A model generated the notes under the pieces. That model was not told the DNA's origin and did no database searches. It saw nothing but the letters and a program-made list of their open reading frames with translations. Shown here piece by piece: positions 28,876 to 38,509 of a stretch of DNA of 64,000 nt. The translations under genes were made by a program, and so were the position numbers. The DNA is from an uncultured virus (IMG/VR IMGVR_UViG_3300032270_000355) (lineage: Duplodnaviria > Heunggongvirae > Uroviricota > Caudoviricetes). The stretch lies in the IMG/VR virus record IMGVR_UViG_3300032270_000355. One strand, 5' to 3'. Each line of letters starts with the position of its first letter. Positions within the stretch are counted from its first letter, which is position 1.

Positions 28876-31747
28876 CTTGTGCTTCTGACCAGAACAAGTT
28901 AATGTTGGCAGTAGCAGTATTAGTAGTAAGATTCTTAACAACAACAGCCAAAACGTCTGGTCCATCTGGGTAGTTACTATATCCACCAATTGCCGAGTTT
29001 GTTAGTTCTTTAAGATTTGATAAGTCAATCTGCGCAAATCCAGCTGGTTGCCCAAGAGTTGAAAAGTTTTGTTCACCTGGAGTTGCTGCAGTGGAACTGC
29101 TTGTTGATACCTGAGCAAATGAAGGTTGAGAACCAAGAGCAACAGTATTAACTGCAGTCCAAGTTAATGATGACGCATCAATATTTCCTGGATTCAAAAT
29201 ACCATAAACTTGTACTGATTGATCTGATTGAATTTGTAATTGCTGTAGTAATAATTGTGAACGATTAATAAGATCTCTATCACCAAATTGTCCAGCAATT
29301 GAGTTTGATACTGACGGAGCAAGTCTTAAAAAGAATGCAGTCTTAGTTTGACCAGATGTTAATGAAACTCCAGTTGCTGCATAGTTAAAGTAGTAACCAC
29401 GATCTGTATCAAAGTTACCATCCATAATGTAAGAAGAACCCCAGTGATTAATAATTGGAGAACAAGTGCAACTAATAAGAGTTACTGAGTTAAATCCATT
29501 ACCAACAGCATGAACTGCAGCTGCACCACCAGAGAATGTTTTACTAGAACCACCAAGGAACATAGAGAATGTTGCTGATCGAGTTAGTCCAGTTAATACA
29601 TTACCTGCTTTACCAGTATAACTAATATATTCACTATCAACTAATACAATGCCACCAGTAGATGGGAATCTTGATGCATCTACTAATGTCATGCTTGTTT
29701 GACTGTTTGTCATAGTTGCAGCCAAACGATCTCGAGCAGATTCATTAATTGCTTGATAACGAACTGCAGTGTTACCCGTACGCATGTACGCTTCATCGTT
29801 TACGTTATTCTGTTTCATGCGGTGAACTTGAATCATATTACCATCACCACCACGAACTATAAAGTCAATAAAACCAGCACCATACCAGGAGAATGAAATT
29901 CCCAACATCTGCATTTTGTTTAGGTTAATATTGTAACCAGAGATACCAGTACCATCGATCTTGTCAAAGTTAAATTGTGATTGTGGAATGCGAGTATCAA
30001 TTACCTGAGCAATTTTAATACCAGATGAATTATTAACACCACGGTATTCTGGATTGATAGACATAGTGTTATCATCAGTAATAGAACCAACACGATATGT
30101 CATACCACGAATAACGATAGAGTCACCAACTTTTAATTGTTGAGTAAAACGACAGTTAGTTCCAGCAACAGCTTGTGAACCAGCTGTTACAGCAACGAAT
30201 CCTGATAACTGATAAGTGGCAGATCGCTTAACGACTGCTAATTCTTGACCATCAAATTCCCAGAATAATCCGTTTTGATCATCAAATGGACCGCATCGAG
30301 TAGACGCACCAATCCAATTTTTAACAGTGATACGTGGTAGATTAGTAATAACAGCAGAAGTAGAACCAAGAGTCTGAATAGCATTAACTGTAAATGACGA
30401 TTCATTAACAATAGTTCCTACACCATATGTACCATTATAACCAGAAGTAACAACACCAGCAATTTGAATAGTTGCACCAGCCTGAAGACCATGGTCAATT
30501 TCAGTAGTTACTGTAATTACTGAACCAACAGAAGTTGCTGCTGCAGAAATTTGGTCTAAGTTCATAACTGGATTAAACAGAACACCTGAAGTCCAGAGCA
30601 TACCTTTACCAGATTGGTAACGCATATACTTTTTAGTTTGACGAGAAACAGATGCACCATGAGACGGTAAGAATGTACCAATGTTAACACCACCATCGAA
30701 TGGTCTGTGTTGAACATAAGCATCAGAACGAGTATATGTTGTAGCTACAATAGATGCATTTGCTACTGCTCCACCAACTCGAGCAGTAAATGTAAATGTA
30801 TTTCCAGTGGGAACTGATTCAACAAAGAAGTTACCACCCATTAGTTCATGATATACTCCAGAAGAAGTAACTATGTTAACGATTGGAGCACCAGCCACTA
30901 AACCATGGTTGGCAGAACATGTTACAGTAATGGTAGAAGGAGATGCTGCATTAGAAACATATCCAGTGATTGGTAGACCAGCACCAGCATAAAAACCACC
31001 ACGACGAGCATATGTAGACTGATTCCAAATAGAAGATCCATTAGTTCCTACGATACCTTTAGCAAAGAATGTAAAGGTAGTAGAAGTTGGCACAGCTGTT
31101 ACAACGAAAGCACCCTCTGCACGAGCAGCATTTGAAACACCAGCAGTACCGAAGATAATAACTGGCTGAGCCACAGAAAGTCCATGCGCCTGTGAACATG
31201 TAACTGTCATAACAGATGGATTACCACCATCTGAAGTAATGTTAGTCATGAACAAGTCAAGTCCAGGTTTTTCGTAAATACCTGGAATACCACGAATGTC
31301 AGAATAGTTCTGCCATTTAGTTGGTTGTAATCCATATTCAAAGTCAGCATCAATTAAGGCTTGTGGTTGAGCAACACGCTGGCGTTCAATAGCATCAACA
31401 CCGAATGCGTAAGGACGAACGATGTTACCGATTTGTTTTGGCGCATCAGTATAGATAGCAATTTTATCAGTAGATAGCATTGAAGCAGTATCAGCTGAGA
31501 ATGTTACAGTACTTGCACCAATCTGTTCAGAGTACTGTGCTGTGCTACCCATAAAAGTAACATCTTCTGGATCATATACGATTGTACCATTCTTAGTAGG
31601 GTCACCAATCGCATAGATGTTTGTTTGTTGGGTTTTATTTGCAATGATAAGCAGTTGAGTCAGATCAACTTTACCTGGAAATTTAATCGTGCCGTATCCT
31701 GCAGCATTTGGAGAGAAGATGTATTTTTCAATTAACTGACGTGCCAT
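28871..31747 (-). CDS. Large virion structural protein with repeated 'HGL..G' beta modules
   Basis: 958 aa; LIDADFEYGLQPTKW, RQTKKYMRYQSGKG; three TVT...HGL...FTF repeats; located in the late cluster. Confidence 0.7.
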   Translation of the reverse strand: MARQLIEKYIFSPNAAGYGTIKFPGKVDLTQLLIIANKTQQTNIYAIGDPTKNGTIVYDPEDVTFMGSTAQYSEQIGASTVTFSADTASMLSTDKIAIYTDAPKQIGNIVRPYAFGVDAIERQRVAQPQALIDADFEYGLQPTKWQNYSDIRGIPGIYEKPGLDLFMTNITSDGGNPSVMTVTCSQAHGLSVAQPVIIFGTAGVSNAARAEGAFVVTAVPTSTTFTFFAKGIVGTNGSSIWNQSTYARRGGFYAGAGLPITGYVSNAASPSTITVTCSANHGLVAGAPIVNIVTSSGVYHELMGGNFFVESVPTGNTFTFTARVGGAVANASIVATTYTRSDAYVQHRPFDGGVNIGTFLPSHGASVSRQTKKYMRYQSGKGMLWTSGVLFNPVMNLDQISAAATSVGSVITVTTEIDHGLQAGATIQIAGVVTSGYNGTYGVGTIVNESSFTVNAIQTLGSTSAVITNLPRITVKNWIGASTRCGPFDDQNGLFWEFDGQELAVVKRSATYQLSGFVAVTAGSQAVAGTNCRFTQQLKVGDSIVIRGMTYRVGSITDDNTMSINPEYRGVNNSSGIKIAQVIDTRIPQSQFNFDKIDGTGISGYNINLNKMQMLGISFSWYGAGFIDFIVRGGDGNMIQVHRMKQNNVNDEAYMRTGNTAVRYQAINESARDRLAATMTNSQTSMTLVDASRFPSTGGIVLVDSEYISYTGKAGNVLTGLTRSATFSMFLGGSSKTFSGGAAAVHAVGNGFNSVTLISCTCSPIINHWGSSYIMDGNFDTDRGYYFNYAATGVSLTSGQTKTAFFLRLAPSVSNSIAGQFGDRDLINRSQLLLQQLQIQSDQSVQVYGILNPGNIDASSLTWTAVNTVALGSQPSFAQVSTSSSTAATPGEQNFSTLGQPAGFAQIDLSNLKELTNSAIGGYSNYPDGPDVLAVVVKNLTTNTATANINLFWSEAQA

Positions 31748-31756
31748 TGTATATCC

Positions 31757-32425
31757 TTAGAATCCGAAAATAATAGAGTAACCAAGATAATCTGATTTGA
31801 TCGATTGGTCTATGTTGTTTAATGAGATAATGCCTGTGAAACTTAGAACACCCAAGTCATAGATGTTATAAGCAATGTCGCTAACACCACCCAAATTTTC
31901 TGTGATAGTTACGTTACCATCATAGACATAACCAAGATCTGACTGAGAAGTGGCAAAAACCGCAGAAGCAACAACTGCATTTGATGCAGCGTTAATCCAT
32001 GCGGAACCTGTATATGTTAAAACCTGTTGTGCTACTGGACCACTAATCGCAACATCACTTAATGTTGATAGTGCTGGACTAGGTGCTGCTGTCCAAGTGA
32101 GACCAGTTGGACCACGTGCAAGGAATTGGCCAGAAGTTCCAGTACTACCACTAATAGAAAGTAGTGTAGTAGAAGTTAATGCAACTGTACCACTAAGACT
32201 TGGAGATGTAAGAGTTTTATTCGTTAATGTATCAGTAGTTGCTCTACCAACTAATGTATCAGTAGCTGCAGGTAGAGTTAAAGTAGTTGTTCCAGCAACT
32301 GCTGTTGCTAAGACTGTAGTTGTTCCTGATGTTGATCCAGCAAAGATTGCAGATGTTCCCAACGATAGAGTTGTATCTACCGTTGCCGAGCCATATATTC
32401 TTGTACCAGATAAGAGTTTTGCCAT
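31757..32425 (-). CDS. Fibre-like structural protein
   Basis: TLPAATDTLVGRATTDTLTNKTL and LSDV...QVLTYTGSAWIN fibre motifs. Confidence 0.65.
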   Translation of the reverse strand: MAKLLSGTRIYGSATVDTTLSLGTSAIFAGSTSGTTTVLATAVAGTTTLTLPAATDTLVGRATTDTLTNKTLTSPSLSGTVALTSTTLLSISGSTGTSGQFLARGPTGLTWTAAPSPALSTLSDVAISGPVAQQVLTYTGSAWINAASNAVVASAVFATSQSDLGYVYDGNVTITENLGGVSDIAYNIYDLGVLSFTGIISLNNIDQSIKSDYLGYSIIFGF

Positions 32426-32442
32426 TTTTACTTTTTAATTAT

Positions 32443-33453
32443 TTAGAGATCTTGAGTATTGGTCGTGGGGAATGAACGACCAGAACCCCAAATGATTCGC
32501 ACAGCACCTACACCACCAGCACCACTAGACTGATAAAAACCATAATAGGCTGCTGCGCCACCACCGCCATGTGTCACACCTACACCACCAGAACCAGATC
32601 CACCTGTTTTTAAACCACCTGTCCAGACTCCAGCTATGCCATTAGCACCTTGTCCTAGTATCCCAACACCACCTCCATTACCATGAGGAGTTCCACCACT
32701 TGCAGTAGTAGCACCACCGCCACCACCGCCACCTGCACCAGCTGTGCCATTCCTAGAACTATCATTACTGCTATTAGATGGTCCACCAGTGCCACCTGTA
32801 CCAGTATATCCACCAGCACCACCACCAGCACCACCAGAACCACCTTGAGTAGATCCACCGCCATTACCACCACCATCACCAGTGTAAGTTCCACCAGTGC
32901 CAGAAGTACTTCCACCACCACCCTTTACAGTTGATGTGTTTATAAAATAACTATCTCCACCATTACCACCTGGAGTTGATACAAATGTTCCACCCATGTA
33001 AGTGCTATAACCACCAACACCAACTACTACAGTATATGTTTGTTCAGGCACAACTGTGATATTATTTTTCCAACCGAGTCCACCACCACCACCACCAGAG
33101 ATTCCAGAACCTTCAAATCCACCAGAGCCACCGCCACCACCACCACCTACACAAACAACAGAAACAGAAGTTACCCCAAGTGGAGCAGTCCATGTATAAT
33201 TGCCAGCAGTTGTGAATGCAACTTGACCTGGAGCAGCAGGAAGAGTTAATGAATATTCATCAAACTCTCCACTAACAAGATACTTACCATCACTTGTTTT
33301 ACGTTCAGCAGTACCTGCAGCTAAATTAGTCTCATCAAATTCTGCAGCATAAATTCCATTAGAATCAACTTTAACACTATTGTAAGTTATTTCATCCAAC
33401 TCTTTTGTTGTTTTAAGCACTCCAGTAGAAAATAATTTAGATATAGTTGGCAT
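32443..33453 (-). CDS. Glycine-rich domain protein (possible adhesin)
   Basis: WTAPLGVTSVSVVCVGGGGGG ... GAGGVGAVRIIWG, with many poly-Gly runs. Confidence 0.75.
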   Translation of the reverse strand: MPTISKLFSTGVLKTTKELDEITYNSVKVDSNGIYAAEFDETNLAAGTAERKTSDGKYLVSGEFDEYSLTLPAAPGQVAFTTAGNYTWTAPLGVTSVSVVCVGGGGGGGSGGFEGSGISGGGGGGLGWKNNITVVPEQTYTVVVGVGGYSTYMGGTFVSTPGGNGGDSYFINTSTVKGGGGSTSGTGGTYTGDGGGNGGGSTQGGSGGAGGGAGGYTGTGGTGGPSNSSNDSSRNGTAGAGGGGGGGATTASGGTPHGNGGGVGILGQGANGIAGVWTGGLKTGGSGSGGVGVTHGGGGAAAYYGFYQSSGAGGVGAVRIIWGSGRSFPTTNTQDL

Positions 33454-34016
33454 TATCCAAACACCGTATCCAAACTACCAGTGGTAGCATTGTAGTACTG
33501 ATATACTACACTTACGTTACTTGCATTAACAAAACCGACTCTATTACCAACATACACACTACCCCCAACACCAACACCACCAGTAACCTTTAGAGCACCT
33601 GTTGCTGTTGTTGTAGAAGCAGTTGAATCAGAAAGGGTAATTGAACCAGAAAACGTGCCAGACAGCGCACCACCATTAAGAGTTGGTGATGTTAAAGTTT
33701 TGTTTGTTAGGGTTTCGGTGCCAGCTAACGTAGCAAAATCACCATCAGTTAATGCTGTATTAAACTGGGCTGTTGTTCCACTAATAGTATTACTACCAAA
33801 AGCGATTGTTTTGTTTGTTAGGGTTTGTGTACCAGTTAAGGTAACATTTGATGGATTATTCGAATCGTTTGAGAACGATTGAATTACATTGGAAGAGTTT
33901 TTGAAATACAGTTTACCATCAGCATAGTTTAATGCCAATTCACCGTATGCCAAATCACCTGCAACTGGAACTTTTGCTCCAACAGATGATTTCTTGAGTA
34001 TGATTTGATTACTCAT
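33453..34016 (-). CDS. Short fibre-like structural protein
   Basis: IILKKSS...P...[18 protein letters not shown]-domain; TLTNKT repeats; [12 protein letters not shown]. Confidence 0.7.
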   Translation of the reverse strand: MSNQIILKKSSVGAKVPVAGDLAYGELALNYADGKLYFKNSSNVIQSFSNDSNNPSNVTLTGTQTLTNKTIAFGSNTISGTTAQFNTALTDGDFATLAGTETLTNKTLTSPTLNGGALSGTFSGSITLSDSTASTTTATGALKVTGGVGVGGSVYVGNRVGFVNASNVSVVYQYYNATTGSLDTVFG

Positions 34017-34037
34017 TCATCTTCCTAAAAAGGTTAT

Positions 34038-34075
34038 CTGGGGATAAGAATCCCCAGTATTATACTATATTTAGT
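34038..34075 (-). promoter_or_regulatory. Late promoter box ACTAAATA followed by a hairpin
   Basis: Box at 34068-34075; CTGGGGAT/ATCCCCAG stem at 34038-34057. Confidence 0.55.
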
Positions 34076-36735
34076 TAGTACGTACCACCATCGATATTGA
34101 ATCCATCGAGAGTAGAAGTACCAGCACCAGCACCAGTAATATTACCTTGAGCAGTAATAGTACCACTTGCATTTAATGTAGTGAACGCACCAGTGTTTGT
34201 AGTAGTGGCACCGATTGGAGTATTATTAATACTACCAGTAGTGATTACCGCACCAGTGATTGTTTTGTTAGTAAGTGTATCAGTAGTTGCACGACCAACT
34301 AAAGTATCAGTTGAAGTTGGTAGTGTTAGAGTACCAGTGTTAACAATAGTTGCAATAACTGGAGCAGTTAGAGTTTTATTTGTTAATGTTTCAGTACCAG
34401 CTAAAGTAGCAAGAGTACCAGTAACTGGTAATGTTAATGTTGTGTTAGCAGTTGCAGTTAGTGCAATAGTATATGCACCGATAGTGCTTAAACTACCACC
34501 AAGTGTAATAGTCTTACCAGTATTAGCAACACCAGTACCACCATATGCACCAGAAATAATATCAGCTGACCAACTACCAGTACTTATAGTACCAAGAGTA
34601 GTAATCGTTGCCTGACCAACATAACTTGCAGAAATATCAATCGCATCAGCAGAGATAGAGATACGACCTGCAGTACCAACTGCGTTTAAAGTATTACCAG
34701 TCTTAGTTAAACCATCACCAGCAATAACTGAACCAGCACCAGAGAACTGAACAAAAGTAATCGGTGTAGTACCGATAGTAATAGCACCTACGTTAGTACA
34801 TACATAACCATTGTTTGCGCCGACTGTACCTTCTTCAACGAAAGTAAATGCACCTGGAGTAATTTCACTGGCTTCATCAGCATCAACTGTACGAGTCAAT
34901 ACCCAATTTACAGAAGCACTACCAACAGTAGTTACTCTATAGAAACCATTTTGTAAACCAGTTGATTGGTCTTTAACAAGAACACGATCACCAACAGTAA
35001 GAACTCTGCTATCAATAGTAAGAGCAGCTTGAGTACCAGAGTTAGTAAGAGTTGCGCCAACACCAGAAGCACCATTAGCGTATGTTCCAGTTAAGTTACC
35101 AGTTGTAGTAACGATAACTGAATCTTTAACATCAAGACCAGTTTTAACCGCATCAACGTAGTTCTTAGTAGCAGCATCACTAGACTGAGTAGGTTCAGCA
35201 ACAGAAGTAATGCGCTTATTGGCAACATCAACAGTACCTGTGCCAGTTGGAACTAAGTTAACACTATTGTTACCTGCAGCTGCATTAAGTGCTAAACTAC
35301 CAGAAGTGGCAGTAATGCTAGTTGCTAGAGCAGCACCAAGAGTTGGAGTTACTAGAGTTGGGCTAGATGCAAATACTAAAGCACCAGTACCAGTCTCATC
35401 AGAGATTACACCAGCAAGTTCAGCAGAAGTAGTTGCAGCGAATACACTTAGTTTATTTGCTACATAAGCAACAGTACCACCAGCACCGAAAGCAACTGAA
35501 GAAGTATCAGTACCAGTAAGTGTTAAAGTATTGCTCGCAGTAAGAGTTTTACCGTTGGCAATTGATAGAGTACCAGTTGTTGAACTGATAGTTAAACCAT
35601 TAATACTTGTGGCAGTAGCAGCACCAAGAGTTGGTGTGATTAAAGTAGGACTATTATTAAATACTACAACACCAGTACCAGTTTCATCAGAGATAGCAGT
35701 TGCTAACTGAGCAGAAGTAGTAGTTAATGTATTGTTCGCTAAGTTAATAGTCTTATTTGTTAGCGTGTCAGTTGTTGCTTTACCGACTAAAGTATCAGTT
35801 GCAGCTGGTAGAGTTAGTGAATTTGTACCAGCAACAGCTGCAGCAAGTACAGTAATTGTACCAGAAGTAGAACCATTAAATGTAGCACCTGTAGCACCAA
35901 TGGTTGCACCATTGATTGTTGGGCTAGTTAAAGTTTTGTTTGTAAGAGTCTGAGTACCAGTTAATGTAGTAACAGTAGAATCAATGTTAAACGTAACGCT
36001 AGTAGCAGCACCGACTTTAGCAACAACTGAATCAATTCCAGTGCCACCAACAAAAGTCATGGTGTCTGTTAATAACGCAAAGGCTGAAGTACCAGTATCG
36101 CCAGCGATATTTAAAGTAGTGGCAAGAGAAGCACTACCTGCAGCAGTTAATTGACCTTGTTGATTAACAGTGAATGTTGGAATCGAAGTAGCAGAGCCAT
36201 AAGTTCCAGGAGTTACTGCAGTATTAGTTATTGAAATGGTAGTTGTATTACCAACATCACTTGGTGTTACAGTAATACCTGTACCAGCAGTTACTGCCCC
36301 ACCAACTGTATCAAAGATATACTCAGCAAGAGTATCAGTCGTACCATTAATGTACGGATTATTAAGAACTAACTTACCAGTACCATTTGGTGTAAGGTTA
36401 ATATTACCATTGGTGTCAGTAGATGATAATGTGTTACCAGTTAATTGAGTATTACCAACTTTCCAAGTATCGATCGTACCAGTCGCAGAAAGAACTGGAA
36501 TTGATGATGCACTAGTAGTTAATGTGCCAGCGACTGATGCATCAACTAAACCAGTGTAGTAAGTACCACCAATTACTAAGTGGTTAGCAGCATTACCTGA
36601 GGTCTCAGCCCCCATACCAATGTATAGACGATTACCACCAGCACCATTAAGTGCTGAATACGCTAATTCACCAGCACCCAGTGTAGCTGGATTCCCTGAA
36701 ACCGATGAGCGTTTTATTCTAATTATTGATGCCAT
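34075..36735 (-). CDS. Long tail-fibre-like protein
   Basis: IRIKRSS...LGAGELAYS N-domain; multiple TLTNKT and SDETGTG repeats; DAATKNYVD; DRVLVKDQ...NGFY; 886 aa. Confidence 0.8.
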   Translation of the reverse strand: MASIIRIKRSSVSGNPATLGAGELAYSALNGAGGNRLYIGMGAETSGNAANHLVIGGTYYTGLVDASVAGTLTTSASSIPVLSATGTIDTWKVGNTQLTGNTLSSTDTNGNINLTPNGTGKLVLNNPYINGTTDTLAEYIFDTVGGAVTAGTGITVTPSDVGNTTTISITNTAVTPGTYGSATSIPTFTVNQQGQLTAAGSASLATTLNIAGDTGTSAFALLTDTMTFVGGTGIDSVVAKVGAATSVTFNIDSTVTTLTGTQTLTNKTLTSPTINGATIGATGATFNGSTSGTITVLAAAVAGTNSLTLPAATDTLVGKATTDTLTNKTINLANNTLTTTSAQLATAISDETGTGVVVFNNSPTLITPTLGAATATSINGLTISSTTGTLSIANGKTLTASNTLTLTGTDTSSVAFGAGGTVAYVANKLSVFAATTSAELAGVISDETGTGALVFASSPTLVTPTLGAALATSITATSGSLALNAAAGNNSVNLVPTGTGTVDVANKRITSVAEPTQSSDAATKNYVDAVKTGLDVKDSVIVTTTGNLTGTYANGASGVGATLTNSGTQAALTIDSRVLTVGDRVLVKDQSTGLQNGFYRVTTVGSASVNWVLTRTVDADEASEITPGAFTFVEEGTVGANNGYVCTNVGAITIGTTPITFVQFSGAGSVIAGDGLTKTGNTLNAVGTAGRISISADAIDISASYVGQATITTLGTISTGSWSADIISGAYGGTGVANTGKTITLGGSLSTIGAYTIALTATANTTLTLPVTGTLATLAGTETLTNKTLTAPVIATIVNTGTLTLPTSTDTLVGRATTDTLTNKTITGAVITTGSINNTPIGATTTNTGAFTTLNASGTITAQGNITGAGAGTSTLDGFNIDGGTY

Positions 36736-36749
36736 CTTTTATTCTCCGA

Positions 36750-37001
36750 TTAAAATTCGCCACCTTCTAAATTCTGCGCATCAAGCGTAGTAGAAGCAGT
36801 CCATTTATTTGTTGTTGTTCTGTATACTAAAAGCGATCCATTTAACTTACCATTCGTAGTAACATCGACATCGGCGATGTTTGACATAGATTCGACTACA
36901 GCTGGTGCAGCTAAGTTTGATTGTGAAAGTGTAAGAACACCTTCGGAAACTGCAACAGTTAACGCTTCATCTGGGGTAACAATTGCTATTGTATCTGCCA
37001 T
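36750..37001 (-). CDS. Small structural/fibre-associated protein
   Basis: IADVDVT...NGSLLVY...KW and a terminal EGGEF like the DGGTY end of the neighbouring fibre. Confidence 0.6.
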   Translation of the reverse strand: MADTIAIVTPDEALTVAVSEGVLTLSQSNLAAPAVVESMSNIADVDVTTNGKLNGSLLVYRTTTNKWTASTTLDAQNLEGGEF

Positions 37002-37003
37002 AA

Positions 37004-37339
37004 TTAAATTTGTGTAATTTGTGGGTTAACTGTGACAACTCCCTCGACTACTCTGGTTTTTGTACCAGATGGAGAAGTTATCTCTACGTCATAAAGCCAG
37101 CGTCCAGCTGGAATACTAGCAGATTGTACGTCTGTTAATTGAAGTCTAACCTTCCCAGAAGCTGCTAAGTATATACTTGATGTGAAATTATAGGATGTGC
37201 TGGACTGATATGACTTTCTCATTTGAGAAGCCACAGTATATCCAGTCAAATCGAGTGCTTGACCATTGGATGCGGATACAGTAATTATATTGCTGTAGTT
37301 AGCCCCAGCGTCAACGAATAGATTACTAACAGTCGCCAT
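37004..37339 (-). CDS. Small Ig-like virion protein (BppU-N/LtfC-like fibre adaptor, putative)
   Basis: NLFVDAGANY...DLTGYTVASQMRKSY...GRWLYDVEI...RVVEGVVTVNP, a pattern I recognise from T4-like phage structural ORFs. Confidence 0.7.
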   Translation of the reverse strand: MATVSNLFVDAGANYSNIITVSASNGQALDLTGYTVASQMRKSYQSSTSYNFTSSIYLAASGKVRLQLTDVQSASIPAGRWLYDVEITSPSGTKTRVVEGVVTVNPQITQI

Positions 37340-37368
37340 TTTCTGATCCTAAATTGCTTTTACCTCTT

Positions 37369-37376
37369 TATTTATA
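37369..37376 (-). promoter_or_regulatory. Late promoter, exact T4 consensus TATAAATA
   Basis: Intergenic, upstream of 37004-37339. Confidence 0.75.
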
Positions 37377-37401
37377 AGCGAGGGATTTTTGTATTTGCAA
37401 C

Positions 37402-38445
37402 TTAGTCGATCAGAACATTATGGAAATCGTCTAGTAAAAACAGCCACTGAGGACGTTGGACGTTCATGTTTGATATTTTCTTTGATTTGTTTAAAGCATA
37501 ATCTCGTTCTCCGAATTCCTCGGACAGGATTTGCCTCATTTGCCAACGATGTGTATTGGAATTCCCACGAACTTTGGTGAAGGGTTCTTTAGTAGTCATA
37601 GCCCAGCGTTGGAGATCTTCAGAATCGAAAAACGCATGCATCTTTTTAGTCTTTTCTACCTGAAGCATTGTTCTATGTTCGTATAATCCAGTGTACCAGT
37701 CTAGATTAAAAATGCAATACCATCTCAAATCGGCGACTGTTTCAATTTTCCTATAAGAATTTTTTATCATTGGATCTAGAAATTGTAATAGTTTAGGATC
37801 TATGTTATTCTCATAAGATTCATGTATAGTTTCTGGAGTACCAAGAGTATGGTGGAACATGGCAGTTCCACCAGTTGCAAACATATCATCAGTTGGTCCA
37901 AATAACTGATTCCCACCCATGCCACTGACAAAAATACAATCATTTACATTGAATGAAAATTCATTATCTGTTGGTTCTAAGATAGTGTAAGGAAATTCAT
38001 TCTTCAATCTTCTATCAAACATATCACCAGATTCTACTATAGAATTTAATGTACCCCAAACTCTAACCTGATCGGGATCGTTGGAAAATTTCTTTAACAT
38101 GAATAAAACAAATGTACTATCAATTCCACCAGACCAAAGTACATGTACTACTTTATTAAGGCTTAGAAGGTACTTTGCACGTTCTTCACATACTTGATAA
38201 AATGATTTATTAAAAGAAATGCCCACCTCTGGTATTGGGTGAGCATCTTTTGCAATATTTAAATAATGCGGTATCTGTAGAGACCTATCAAACACCATAT
38301 TATGTTTGTTTAGTCCAAATTGTTCATACTGTTTAAACAACTCAGATGAATAATTTTCAGAAAGAAATGGTGAGATCGCTTGTGGATCTTTCTGGATTAA
38401 TTCTGGTACTTGTTTTTTATTATAATATAAAATTTGTGGTTTCAT
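37402..38445 (-). CDS. PP-loop ATP pyrophosphatase, asparagine-synthetase C-terminal-domain-like (no glutaminase domain)
   Basis: VLWSGGIDST PP-loop; FVSGMGGNQLFG (compare GxGGDELFG); AFFD, RWQMRQIL and KSK motifs late in the protein. Confidence 0.7.
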   Translation of the reverse strand: MKPQILYYNKKQVPELIQKDPQAISPFLSENYSSELFKQYEQFGLNKHNMVFDRSLQIPHYLNIAKDAHPIPEVGISFNKSFYQVCEERAKYLLSLNKVVHVLWSGGIDSTFVLFMLKKFSNDPDQVRVWGTLNSIVESGDMFDRRLKNEFPYTILEPTDNEFSFNVNDCIFVSGMGGNQLFGPTDDMFATGGTAMFHHTLGTPETIHESYENNIDPKLLQFLDPMIKNSYRKIETVADLRWYCIFNLDWYTGLYEHRTMLQVEKTKKMHAFFDSEDLQRWAMTTKEPFTKVRGNSNTHRWQMRQILSEEFGERDYALNKSKKISNMNVQRPQWLFLLDDFHNVLID

Positions 38446-38463
38446 AGTTCCTCACGTCAAAAT

Positions 38464-38504
38464 AAAAAGGGGATGACAAGCATCCCCTGTATAATGTATT
38501 TAGT
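38464..38504 (-). promoter_or_regulatory. Late promoter box ACTAAATA followed by a hairpin with T-run
   Basis: Box at 38497-38504; AGGGGATG-CTTGT-CATCCCCT-TTTT at 38464-38488. Confidence 0.55.
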
Positions 38505-38509
38505 TTAGA

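Noticed and set aside
27261..36735. Diversity-generating retroelement suggested by Mtd-like N-termini
   Set aside because: No reverse transcriptase and no template/variable repeat pair differing at adenines was seen
37402..38445. QueC (7-deazaguanine DNA modification)
   Set aside because: It shares only the SGGxDS loop; it lacks the QueC C-terminal Zn-binding Cys cluster, and no queD/queE/dpdA genes are nearby
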